A stretch of DNA of 24,000 nt from Candidatus Acidiferrales bacterium. GTDB lineage: Bacteria; Acidobacteriota; Terriglobia; Acidiferrales; UBA7541. This document shows, in pieces, positions 16,859 to 24,000 of the stretch. The DNA lies in assembly GCA_049514555.1 (NCBI GenBank), contig JBEKUY010000001.1, forward strand, positions 58,923 through 82,922, written 5' to 3'. The translations under genes and the position numbers were made by a program. Each line of letters starts with the position of its first letter. The first letter of the stretch is position 1. The notes under the pieces were generated by a model, which did no database searches, was not told where the DNA came from, and worked only from the letters and a program-made list of their open reading frames with translations.

Positions 16859-16922
16859 GCGAACAGGGACTCGAAGAACGACTACGCAATTCTTCTGAAA
16901 GGCATGGTTGCTAGGAGAAAAG

Positions 16923-17336
16923 ATGCATCGTCACTACTGTCCCGTTGAGGGCCACGATTGGCAATGCGGAGGCCAAGAGTGCGAATGTGTTTGCGGCTTC
17001 CTAATGGAAGGGCATGACCACACCGAATGCCCCGTCGAGCTTAGGGCTTGCCCAGACCATGCAGTCGAGGAGCAGAAAGCTATTGATGAAGCGATGTCAC
17101 ATGAGCCCGACCCTGAATCGATCCAGAAATGGCATGAGCGGCTGTCTGCACGCCCTCATTGCGAATGCGGGTGCGCCGAGACCCAAACCATGAAGATCAC
17201 GGGATTCTGCCTGTGGTGCGATCACACCTATGCGGAGTTCACTCCAAAAATCCAAGACCTGCACCTCGCAAAGCAATGCCCCGGCGCTTCCGAGCAACTG
17301 AGGCAGTCTGCGCGGGCGAGGTTCGTGAAGCACTAA
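16923..17336 (+). CDS. Cys/His-rich small protein, possibly zinc-binding
   Basis: ATG 16923 preceded by AGGAG; HRHYCPVEGHDWQCGGQECECVCGFLMEGHDHTECPVELRACPDH... and PHCECGCAETQTMKITGFCLWCDHTYAEF show paired CxC and CxxC knuckles. Confidence 0.65.
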   Translation: MHRHYCPVEGHDWQCGGQECECVCGFLMEGHDHTECPVELRACPDHAVEEQKAIDEAMSHEPDPESIQKWHERLSARPHCECGCAETQTMKITGFCLWCDHTYAEFTPKIQDLHLAKQCPGASEQLRQSARARFVKH

Positions 17337-17348
17337 GCGAGCAAGCAA

Positions 17349-17786
17349 GTGACCAGCATGCAGAGCGGAGGCAAAACTCAAGACATGGACGTGGCAACAG
17401 AACGAAAGCAGTGGGACATCTGCGGTCGTTGCGGAAAGCAGTGCGTGCTGGACTCTGTCGCCATCGCCAAGTACGGCCTAGGGCACGTCGAGAAGCGCCT
17501 CCGATTCAAACGTTGCCCCGACGACATTGCCGGGAATCATCCCGAGATGCCCGTTCTGAGGATGCCATTTGTCGATGGCGCGTACTACCGTGGGGTCTGC
17601 CGGAATGCGCGGATCGCCCGCTACGTGGCTGCGGCGAACCGATTCGTCTACATGCGGGAAAAGCTTGGCACCGTCTATCCAGAGTCTATCGGGCACGCAG
17701 AGAACGACGACGGCTTTGACTTGTTCCGACCCTACGGGATTATCGAGAATCCCCCATTCGAGATTCCCCGGCGGACGGACAGATGA
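17349..17786 (+). CDS. Hypothetical protein with N-terminal Zn-knuckle-like CxxCxxxC
   Basis: KQWDICGRCGKQCVLDSVAIAKYG...RMPFVDGAYYRGVCRNARIARYVAAANRFVYMREKLGTVYPES. The start may be internal. Confidence 0.6.
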   Translation: MTSMQSGGKTQDMDVATERKQWDICGRCGKQCVLDSVAIAKYGLGHVEKRLRFKRCPDDIAGNHPEMPVLRMPFVDGAYYRGVCRNARIARYVAAANRFVYMREKLGTVYPESIGHAENDDGFDLFRPYGIIENPPFEIPRRTDR

Positions 17787-17796
17787 GGGTATCCCA

Positions 17797-17994
17797 TTGC
17801 CGTCCGGGTATGCCCCGCGCGGGCATTTTCTGCTTGCCGACGGTTGCATACTGCGGCGGAAGACCGCCGTCCGGGCGATCCTGCGGCAGATGCACCTTCG
17901 CCCGAAGAGCGCCGAAATCGGAACGGATTCCCATTACCGCTGCTTCGAGTGCTTTGCGCGGGAAGCTGAAAGCGCCGGAGTCCAAAAGTCGTAG
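17797..17994 (+). CDS. Small hypothetical protein, ~65 aa (TTG start)
   Basis: Frame of ORF 17569..17994; SGYAPRGHFLLADGCILRRKTAVRAILRQMHLRPKSAEIGTDSHYRCFECFAREAE. Codon third positions look more coding-like than in the overlapping frame 17783..18016. Confidence 0.4.
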   Translation: MPSGYAPRGHFLLADGCILRRKTAVRAILRQMHLRPKSAEIGTDSHYRCFECFAREAESAGVQKS

Positions 17995-18012
17995 CCAACG
18001 AAAGGAGGGCAT

Positions 18013-18246
18013 TTGAGGAAGATCGTGCACGGAAAGCAGTACCCCGGTCTTCGCGGCAAGGTCGTGGACTGGGTTTGGCACAGATTTGACGAGGGCAGTC
18101 TCTACATCCACATCCGGTTTCAGGACCAGACCGAACTGACGTACACCTTTGGTTCCCGACTCGTCATGGAGGAAGCTGTCCTCGGCGACATCTCGACAGG
18201 GAACTACAAGACCTTGAGAAAGTTCGCCTCGGACAGGCAAAGGTGA
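18013..18246 (+). CDS. Small hypothetical protein, 77 aa (TTG start)
   Basis: Strong AAGGAGG at 18002-18008 directly upstream; KQYPGLRGKVVDWVWHRFDEGSLYIHIRFQDQTELTYTFGSRLVMEEAVLGDISTGNYKTLR. Confidence 0.7.
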   Translation: MRKIVHGKQYPGLRGKVVDWVWHRFDEGSLYIHIRFQDQTELTYTFGSRLVMEEAVLGDISTGNYKTLRKFASDRQR

Positions 18247-18293
18247 CCGAGCAGCTTGCTTCGAGAATCGGCGGGCAAGAAGGGGGATGCGAC

Positions 18294-18530
18294 TTACTTC
18301 CCGTAGATTCCCTTGTCCAGCCCTTGAATGAGCCGGTCGGCGCGCACCTTGAACACGCCGCAGATTCTGAGCAGCGTGGTCATGGTGATCGGGCGACCAG
18401 CCTCGATCTGCTGCCAGTGCCGAGCCGAAAAGCCGAGGGAAATCATATCTTCCTGCGTATAGCCACTATCTTCCCTAAGCTTCTTCACTCGCTGGCCGAG
18501 GGCGCGAAAGAACTTGGCGTGGTTGACCAC
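18294..18530 (-). CDS. XRE-family helix-turn-helix transcriptional regulator, 78 aa
   Basis: FFRALGQRVKKLREDSGYTQEDMISLGFSARHWQQIEAGRPITMTTLLRICGVFKVRADRLIQGL matches the Cro/C1-type HTH pattern. Confidence 0.9.
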   Translation of the reverse strand: MVNHAKFFRALGQRVKKLREDSGYTQEDMISLGFSARHWQQIEAGRPITMTTLLRICGVFKVRADRLIQGLDKGIYGK

Positions 18531-18549
18531 GCCCCCTTATCTACCGGCA

Positions 18550-18574
18550 CACGAGCAGAAAGACCACGAGCAGA
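18550..18574. repeat. 10-bp direct repeat upstream of the XRE gene
   Basis: CACGAGCAGA at 18550-18559 and again at 18565-18574 (15-bp period), immediately upstream of the regulator start. Confidence 0.5.
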
Positions 18575-18704
18575 TTAGCTGTACGATTCGACACATCCAA
18601 ACCGTTGGGCTGTTGTGGACTATCTGGACGGGCACCACACTGTCTGAGTAGAACGTCGGCCCTCCACGGTGCTTTCGATAACCCCGCAGGTGACGGAGAT
18701 AATC

Positions 18705-19631
18705 ATGAACCTGAGAGCGATTCGTGTGGTGCCCATCGCAGCGCTGCTTGCGCTCGCGGGATGCAAGAACCAAAACAGCGGGCGGCCACAACCCAGCCAA
18801 ACCGCCAAATCCGAGCCACAAACGCTGTCTCTCCAACAAGACGACGACCCAATTCTTCACGGTCTGAGGCTAGGTGTTGCGCTTGATTCTCAGTTGCCAA
18901 CGTGCACGACCCAAATGGAAGGCGGCGATGAGGTGGTTGTGGGGCCCGGACTCTGCTATGTGGAAGACACATTTGTAGAGGGGGATGACAAAGGCACTTG
19001 GGCAAGGATGCCAATCATGCGTGTTGGCCAAAGCGTTGCGGCACAGAAGGACTTGCCTGACCTTAGCGTTACCTTGGTGCCCGCCAAGATGAAGGAGCGC
19101 GGCACCGTCGAACAGGTATTCTCCGCCTACGGCCCCGAACGCCTCGGCGAAATCCGCAGCAAGCTGACCGCGCAGTACGGTTCCCCTATCGACCCCAAGG
19201 GGTGGCCACATTGGACGACGCCGTGGGGGCGCATAGATTTGGAAGACTGGTCTAAAGACCCCGTACATCCCTCTGTGCAGTTTACGGCAGAAACGTCTCA
19301 CTTCCGTGCCATGGAGAAGAATGAAGATAAACAAACAACTCCAGACTGGGTTGGAATGGAACCAAAGATAGTCATCAAGCGCTGCGGTGTCCCCCTTGAT
19401 GACCATAGACGGGAATTTCAAGACCAAGGCCAGACCTACTACATCCGCGTGATGGTGTACGAGGGCCCACTTGGTCTGGTTGGTGTCAACTTCTCTTCTC
19501 CGGTTGCACCGGGCCGAGTGACATTGGCGGGAGTGAAGGAAGCGAACGGTCCACTGCAATCTGTCTACAAGCAGGAGGGCCGCGACAACATAAAGACGAT
19601 TCTTCCGTGCTTGAGCAATGGAACATGGTGA
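18705..19631 (+). CDS. Putative lipoprotein, ~308 aa
   Basis: MNLRAIRVVPIAALLALAGCKNQNSG has a signal peptide with an LAGC lipobox. ATG 18705 used rather than the ORF-track start at 18669. Confidence 0.7.
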   Translation: MNLRAIRVVPIAALLALAGCKNQNSGRPQPSQTAKSEPQTLSLQQDDDPILHGLRLGVALDSQLPTCTTQMEGGDEVVVGPGLCYVEDTFVEGDDKGTWARMPIMRVGQSVAAQKDLPDLSVTLVPAKMKERGTVEQVFSAYGPERLGEIRSKLTAQYGSPIDPKGWPHWTTPWGRIDLEDWSKDPVHPSVQFTAETSHFRAMEKNEDKQTTPDWVGMEPKIVIKRCGVPLDDHRREFQDQGQTYYIRVMVYEGPLGLVGVNFSSPVAPGRVTLAGVKEANGPLQSVYKQEGRDNIKTILPCLSNGTW

Positions 19632-20154
19632 CCCCAAAGCTCTAGCTGGGATGCAACCGAAGTGGAGGTATGGATCGCCGCAAGAGGGCTCGGCCCTTCC
19701 AACTTCGGCCAACGCTCCTGCAAGCCTGACGGTGGCCACGCTCGCAAACATGACGTATCGATTTGGCGAAGGAAAGTCAGCGACCACTGTTAAGCTCGTA
19801 GACTCGAAGGGACGGGATGAAGGAGAACAGTTTTTGTTAGACAGGGACCATGTCGCTTTTGGGGATTTGGACGGGGATGGCGTCGATGATGCCGTGGTTG
19901 TCCTTGTGTCTTCGGGCGGCGGAAGCGGCGTCTTCTACAGTCTGGTCGCGGTCATGCAGCGCAACGGCAGATTGGAGACCCCGGCTGTCAGGAGCTTGGG
20001 GGACAGAATCAAGATCAACGAAATAAACATTAGGAATGATATCGTCACGGTGGACATGATCACGCAGGGACCAAATGACCCGCTGTGCTGCCCGACGGAG
20101 CGGCAGGTGCTCAAGTTGGCAGTGCGAGGGAACAAATTTGTGCCCGTGGAGTGA
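19618..20154 (+). CDS. Hypothetical protein with a calcium-binding-like DxDGDGxDD motif
   Basis: DHVAFGDLDGDGVDDAVVVLVSSGGGSGVFYSLVAVMQRNGRLETPAVRSLGDRIKINEINIRNDIVTVDMITQGPNDPLCCPTERQVLKL. Start overlaps the lipoprotein gene by 14 nt. Confidence 0.65.
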   Translation: MEHGDPKALAGMQPKWRYGSPQEGSALPTSANAPASLTVATLANMTYRFGEGKSATTVKLVDSKGRDEGEQFLLDRDHVAFGDLDGDGVDDAVVVLVSSGGGSGVFYSLVAVMQRNGRLETPAVRSLGDRIKINEINIRNDIVTVDMITQGPNDPLCCPTERQVLKLAVRGNKFVPVE

Positions 20155-20435
20155 GACGCCCTACGGAATGCCGCTCTTCACGCTCACCCGGGCTCCTGTA
20201 AGAATGAAAACACGATCATCCGGCGCAATGGCGAGCGTCATGAGAATTCTACGCTGAGAATCAATGCGGCCGGTCCTGTCGCGGGCTGCTTGACTGGCGC
20301 ACCTTTTGGGCGTTGAAAGCCACCCTGCTCGCTAGCAAGGGCAATTCGACTACGTGCACCTGATGACCTTCGAAGCATATGGGCGGGCTAGGGGAAGGAC
20401 GAAGCCCTGTTGCAAGGGCTGTGTTCGAGCTTGTT

Positions 20436-21014
20436 CTAGGTAGGTTTGCGCCACACGGCCTCATATTTGTTGAATGAGCGTGCGAGGTACACAGTGGCCA
20501 AATGACTCTCCTGCGCGAATCGGTCTAGGTCTTCAGCGGTGAGATAGCCCAGGCTCCTGGAAATCTTCTTGCCGAGGAACGCCACCCATTTGGGAAGAGC
20601 GAAATCCTTATAGATAAGACAGCCGTTCGGCTTCAAAACCCTCAGCATTTGGCGGAGCGCATCCTGCCAATCGGGGATGTGGTGCGTCACCATATGGGTG
20701 GCGACGAAATCGAATTCGTTGTCGTCAAACGGCAACTTGGTTCCGTTGGCAGTGAGAAATCGGACGTGTGTCGTCTGATCGCTCTTCGCCCGTGCCGCCT
20801 CAATTTGCCCAGGATCGACATCTATTCCCGTCACCTGGAGACCCAGCTTTGACGCCAGAAAGTTTGCCGCTGCTCCGTTCCCGCACCCAAAATCCAAATA
20901 GCTCTGTCCGGGTGCAAACCCTGCCAGTCTCAGCATCTTTTCGGCGTACTCGGCAACTCGCCGACTACGCCTCGGGCTGTTGACGAAGAACTTCTCGAAC
21001 TTGGTCATCTTCAT
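20436..21014 (-). CDS. Class I SAM-dependent methyltransferase
   Basis: MLRLAGFAPGQSYLDFGCGNGAAANFLASKLGLQVTGIDVDPGQIEAARAK...LPFDDNEFDFVATHMVTHHIPDWQDALRQMLRVLKPNGCLIYKD; ATG 21014 has an AGGAGG RBS. Confidence 0.9.
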   Translation of the reverse strand: MKMTKFEKFFVNSPRRSRRVAEYAEKMLRLAGFAPGQSYLDFGCGNGAAANFLASKLGLQVTGIDVDPGQIEAARAKSDQTTHVRFLTANGTKLPFDDNEFDFVATHMVTHHIPDWQDALRQMLRVLKPNGCLIYKDFALPKWVAFLGKKISRSLGYLTAEDLDRFAQESHLATVYLARSFNKYEAVWRKPT

Positions 21015-21124
21015 GCGCTTGGCCTCCTCCTGAGAACGCCCGCCCAAAGACCATTGCTAACGATACCCACGGAATCACCCTAGCACATGTGGTAGCGACG
21101 ACTGGCGAGTCCGGGCCGCAAGCT

Positions 21125-21298
21125 CTATGGTTTGTACTCCGTCCGCAATTCCAGCAGGATGGGCCTGAGCATGACGTAGTGCAGACTGTCCGCCATCATG
21201 GCAGCCTCGACAATCAGCTTGACAAAGCGGCTGCCGTTGGCCTCGGCCCACCGCAGCCAATCCTTCAGTTCCTCGTCAGCGTGGGGACTACCAATCAT
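21125..21298 (-). CDS. Small hypothetical protein, 57 aa
   Basis: MIGSPHADEELKDWLRWAEANGSRFVKLIVEAAMMADSLHYVMLRPILLELRTEYKP; GGAGG RBS upstream of ATG 21298. Confidence 0.6.
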   Translation of the reverse strand: MIGSPHADEELKDWLRWAEANGSRFVKLIVEAAMMADSLHYVMLRPILLELRTEYKP

Positions 21299-21594
21299 TC
21301 CTGACCTCCGTTCTCCACCTCGTTGCCTGAATAGTCTAAGCGGGCAGGCGGCGAGGCGGCAACCGCGAGGTGTGCCCCAATATGGCTGGGAGGACGCGAA
21401 CGCTAAGTCGCTGAAAACTCGTGCCGGTCCACAAGGGTTGTTGCGGCCGTGGTCGTATGTTCTTGAGTTTGCTGGTTCGATTTTCGGCACCAGGGACGGT
21501 CACGAGACTAAAGATTATGGACCATCGTGGGTTAGCTAGAGCGCCCGAGTGGACCTCTCTTGCGGCACGACAGACGAAGCGGGAGGCCAAGCCC

Positions 21595-21978
21595 CTATCT
21601 GTGTCGCCAGTAAAACGTGCCCCAAAACTGCCGTGGGCATGCATCCGTCCCAGCTTCCGGATTCTTAGACATGTACCAACGCTCGCCGCGTTCACGGACA
21701 CGGTTGACGATTACCCGTCGCACCAAGGAGCCCAGCGTCTTCCCGGCCTGCTCAGCATCTCCTATGGTTTCGTAAAGCGGTTGGAACGGTGTTCCCTGCC
21801 AGTTGCTACCCGGCATCCAACTTGAGGCGAAAAAGTCGCTTGGGTCTTCGGTGATCGCATCAGCCCACGCGTTGATGGCATCTACCATCTGGCTAACATG
21901 TTGATGGGGGATTCTTGCAAGGACTGCATTCAGGTCCTGCTCGAATGGAATGCTGGAGTTTGCCTTGATTTCCTGCAT
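21595..21978 (-). CDS. Hypothetical protein, 127 aa
   Basis: MQEIKANSSIPFEQDLNAVLARIPHQHVSQMVDAINAWADAITEDPSDFFASSWMPGSNWQGTPFQPLYETIGDAEQAGKTLGSLVRRVIVNRV; globular composition, same strand as the surrounding genes. Confidence 0.65.
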   Translation of the reverse strand: MQEIKANSSIPFEQDLNAVLARIPHQHVSQMVDAINAWADAITEDPSDFFASSWMPGSNWQGTPFQPLYETIGDAEQAGKTLGSLVRRVIVNRVRERGERWYMSKNPEAGTDACPRQFWGTFYWRHR

Positions 21979-22031
21979 CGATGAGTTTCCTTCCCAGAGC
22001 GACTGGTCATGAACGGATTCGCCTCCGGAGT

Positions 22032-22280
22032 CTAGCGGGACTGTTCAGGCGACCTGATGTCACCTGCCAGTTTGACGCGCGACATGCCCACGCTAACGTT
22101 CGATCCCGACGCCACCGCAGTGCTGATGACAGAAATCGTGCCGCCAGTTGGAATCTCGTAATGGATGTGCCACGGTTCCGCAAGCGCCTCGCATGCGCCA
22201 TCGTGCGCGGAACAAGTGGGAGCGAAGCTTTGAGCCAGGAGCGTTCCGCTGATGATCACAACACCGGCTTTTACGACCAT
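22032..22280 (-). CDS. Small exported protein, 82 aa
   Basis: MVVKAGVVIISGTLLAQSFAPTCSAHDG has a signal-peptide-like N-terminus; GAGGAGG RBS just upstream of ATG 22280. Confidence 0.6.
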   Translation of the reverse strand: MVVKAGVVIISGTLLAQSFAPTCSAHDGACEALAEPWHIHYEIPTGGTISVISTAVASGSNVSVGMSRVKLAGDIRSPEQSR

Positions 22281-22304
22281 GACACCTCCTCAATCGAGAG
22301 AGGT

Positions 22305-23044
22305 TCAGCTTGACACCGGGATGTGGCTCCGGTCTTTGCTGAGTTGCAGGAACGTTGTCCAAGCAAGTTCAGCGTATCTCTCCGCGATGCGTTTAGTCGC
22401 CTTGGGAAGCACACGCCAGCCAACGTAACCAGCGCAAGCGAGCGAAAGACAACTGACCATGACGGCAGGGTTGAAGAACCCGGAGTGGGTCGTTGCACTG
22501 CGCCAAACAGCAACCACTATTGAGCCAACCGCTACGAAGGCCCACAGCATTCTTCCACCCAAAAGATTTCGGCAGAACCCGTATTCGATGTTGTTCTTTT
22601 GCCAAACCCCAGTGGGGTCAAAGCTGCGCAAGAAGCCGCGAACGCGCTCGAAGGCATCGGCGATGGCCTTGTCGGCACGGGCCGTGTCCTTCTTTTCCTC
22701 AGCGGGGGTAGGCAGCGATACAGCAAACTCCTGTCTCACCGCAGAGCGGATCGAATTCTTCAAATCCGCCCCGAAAAACGTGTCGCTGGAACGCATCAGT
22801 CTGGTCGACGGCGGTCCACCCCACTGTCTCCACAAAGCAGGTTCAACCTGCTGCCCTTCCGCTCGAATGACGTAACCCAGTCCATAGATCAGCGCAAGCG
22901 TGATGATCCCGCTGGCCGCGAATATCGGTAAACTGCTCAACGCCGGCATCACGTAAATCACATCGACCAAGGCTGGCAACGCGACAATCAGTCCCGGCGC
23001 AATCCGTGCCTTCAATTCGTACTCATCCAGAAATTTGTCCATCA
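22305..23044 (-). CDS. Membrane protein, ~245 aa, with four or more hydrophobic segments
   Basis: GLIVALPALVDVIYVMPAL, LPIFAASGIITLALIYGLGYVI, LWAFVAVGSIVVAVW, FFNPAVMVSCLSLACAGYVGW. ATG 23044 overlaps the stop of the upstream MBL gene (ATGA). Confidence 0.75.
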
Positions 23045-24000
23045 TAGTCTTCCGGGTACCCCTCCAAACCATTCCGCGAACGGAGGTGGATCAGCGTTGC
23101 CTTTGAGCGGAATTGCTTCTCCGTAGTTAGAGCGGTACGGAACACCTCCGATCCAATACCACAAGTGACCTTGCGTGTGCGTGCTGAAGACCTTTGTCCC
23201 AACCTTTATCAAGCCATTCACGATTGCGCGATCTGGGTGGCTCGAATCTCCAACAGCAGACACGAAAGCAACTCTCGGGCAGAAACGTTCAATGTTCGCT
23301 TGTGAGAGATTTCCATCGCTGCCATGGTGTGGAACTTGCATCCACAACAGGTTCTTCCACAAGGAAGGCACCGCGTCCAGCGCCTCGGAACCTGCGTCCG
23401 CAGTGAATAAGAATTTGTTGCCGTTAAATTCCATGCCCAGAATGGCGCTCGTGTTGTTGAACGGTTGGGTTTTCGGATTTTCGTCCACGCTAGATTTGCT
23501 GAGTACACCCAAAAGCGTCGCCGATAGATCGAAGGCTGACGGGGTCTTCGGAGGTGGCGTTAACGGGCCAGCGAGGAACGAAAGAGGCAATGCTGGAGGA
23601 AAACTCGGTGGTGGAGACAGCATGCTCCTCAAGTAGCTCGTTGGCAGATGCGGCATCACTGGTGGGTACGACGGGGCCGGTCTTTGGGCAGCAGCAAGAG
23701 CCGACAGAAACGATCCATATGCAGGAACTGGCTCACCGATAGATTCCTCCAGCGCCTGTTTGTAAAAGTGTTGCGTCGGGCCCAGAACGGACAAACCGGG
23801 TAGGTGAGAAATAGTCTGCCCCGCGAATGGTTCCGGAGGCGTGATGTCGCGGCTGGCGAATGCGCTTGCCAACTCTCTCGTCGTTTCGAGCGCCTCTTTG
23901 ACGCCTTCGGCTTGTGATGAGTTCCCGGACGATGCACGGCGCAATGTATCTGCGCTCGCGTGCCTCTGCATATCGTGCATCCAGCCAAAGGTAATGGAGA
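23041..24000 (-). CDS. MBL-fold (ComEC/Rec2-like) metallo-hydrolase domain protein, partial at the right edge
   Basis: NTSAILGMEFNGNKFLFTADAGSEALDAVPSLWKNLLWMQVPHHGSDGNLSQANIERFCPRVAFVSAVGDSSHPDRAIVNGLIKVGTKVFSTHTQGHLWYW has a NxSA-L...LFTADA...VPHHGSDGNLS pattern. The frame remains open to position 24000. Confidence 0.8.

Noticed and set aside
17783-18016. ORF with attractive ATGA and TTGA overlaps to both neighbours
   Set aside because: Ser/Arg/Pro-rich composition suggests an off-frame reading; the overlapping frame ending at 17994 looks more protein-like. Kept as a doubt, not as a feature.
18870-19787. 305-aa minus-strand ORF
   Set aside because: Antisense of the lipoprotein gene, which has a credible signal peptide and lipobox in the opposite frame.
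20155-20435. Non-coding gap suspected to contain a transposase remnant
   Set aside because: No frame gave a recognisable transposase motif and no terminal inverted repeats were seen.
21460-21500. CTGGTTCGATTTTCGGCACCA, tRNA/tmRNA 3'-end-like
   Set aside because: Only an imperfect short stem (TGCTG/CGGCA) and no matching 5' acceptor strand found.
1-24000. CRISPR array, retron msr/msd or long tandem repeats
   Set aside because: No regularly spaced repeats and no reverse transcriptase ORF were seen; the only repeats noted are short regulatory-like elements.

Overview
This window looks like a dense accessory or defence island with few housekeeping genes. Coding is mostly on the minus strand from 1 to 15.6 kb, on the plus strand from 15.7 to 20.2 kb, and on the minus strand again from 20.4 to 24 kb. 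Supported calls are: (1) a left-edge minus-strand cassette of winged-helix protein, small membrane protein and SIR2-like protein; the SIR2 gene starts with TTG, runs off the window and is missing from the ORF track; (2) a 491-aa uncharacterised protein with a possible nuclease-like C-terminus; (3) an Mrr_N-like winged-helix protein followed by a PD-(D/E)XK-type protein; (4) a DUF4145/HEPN-like protein; (5) an AbiTii-domain protein with a 128-aa partner; (6) a decayed HEPN C-terminus; (7) Vsr, a C5 cytosine methyltransferase and a putative type II endonuclease; (8) an AIPR-family abortive-infection protein; (9) a DUF2779 protein (Cas4-like nuclease plus DEDD-like exonuclease) behind two small conserved-looking genes; (10) a serine recombinase translationally coupled to an unknown protein; (11) Cys-rich small proteins, an XRE regulator, a lipoprotein followed by a D-x-D-G-D protein, and a SAM methyltransferase; (12) a right-edge cassette of MBL-fold protein, membrane protein and exported small protein. 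The best candidates for undescribed systems are the wHTH/TM/SIR2 cassette, the MBL/TM cassette, the two-gene wHTH plus EAK-nuclease pair, and the DUF2779 cassette. No CRISPR array, tRNA or rRNA was recognised. All family calls come from reading motifs by eye; no database search was run.
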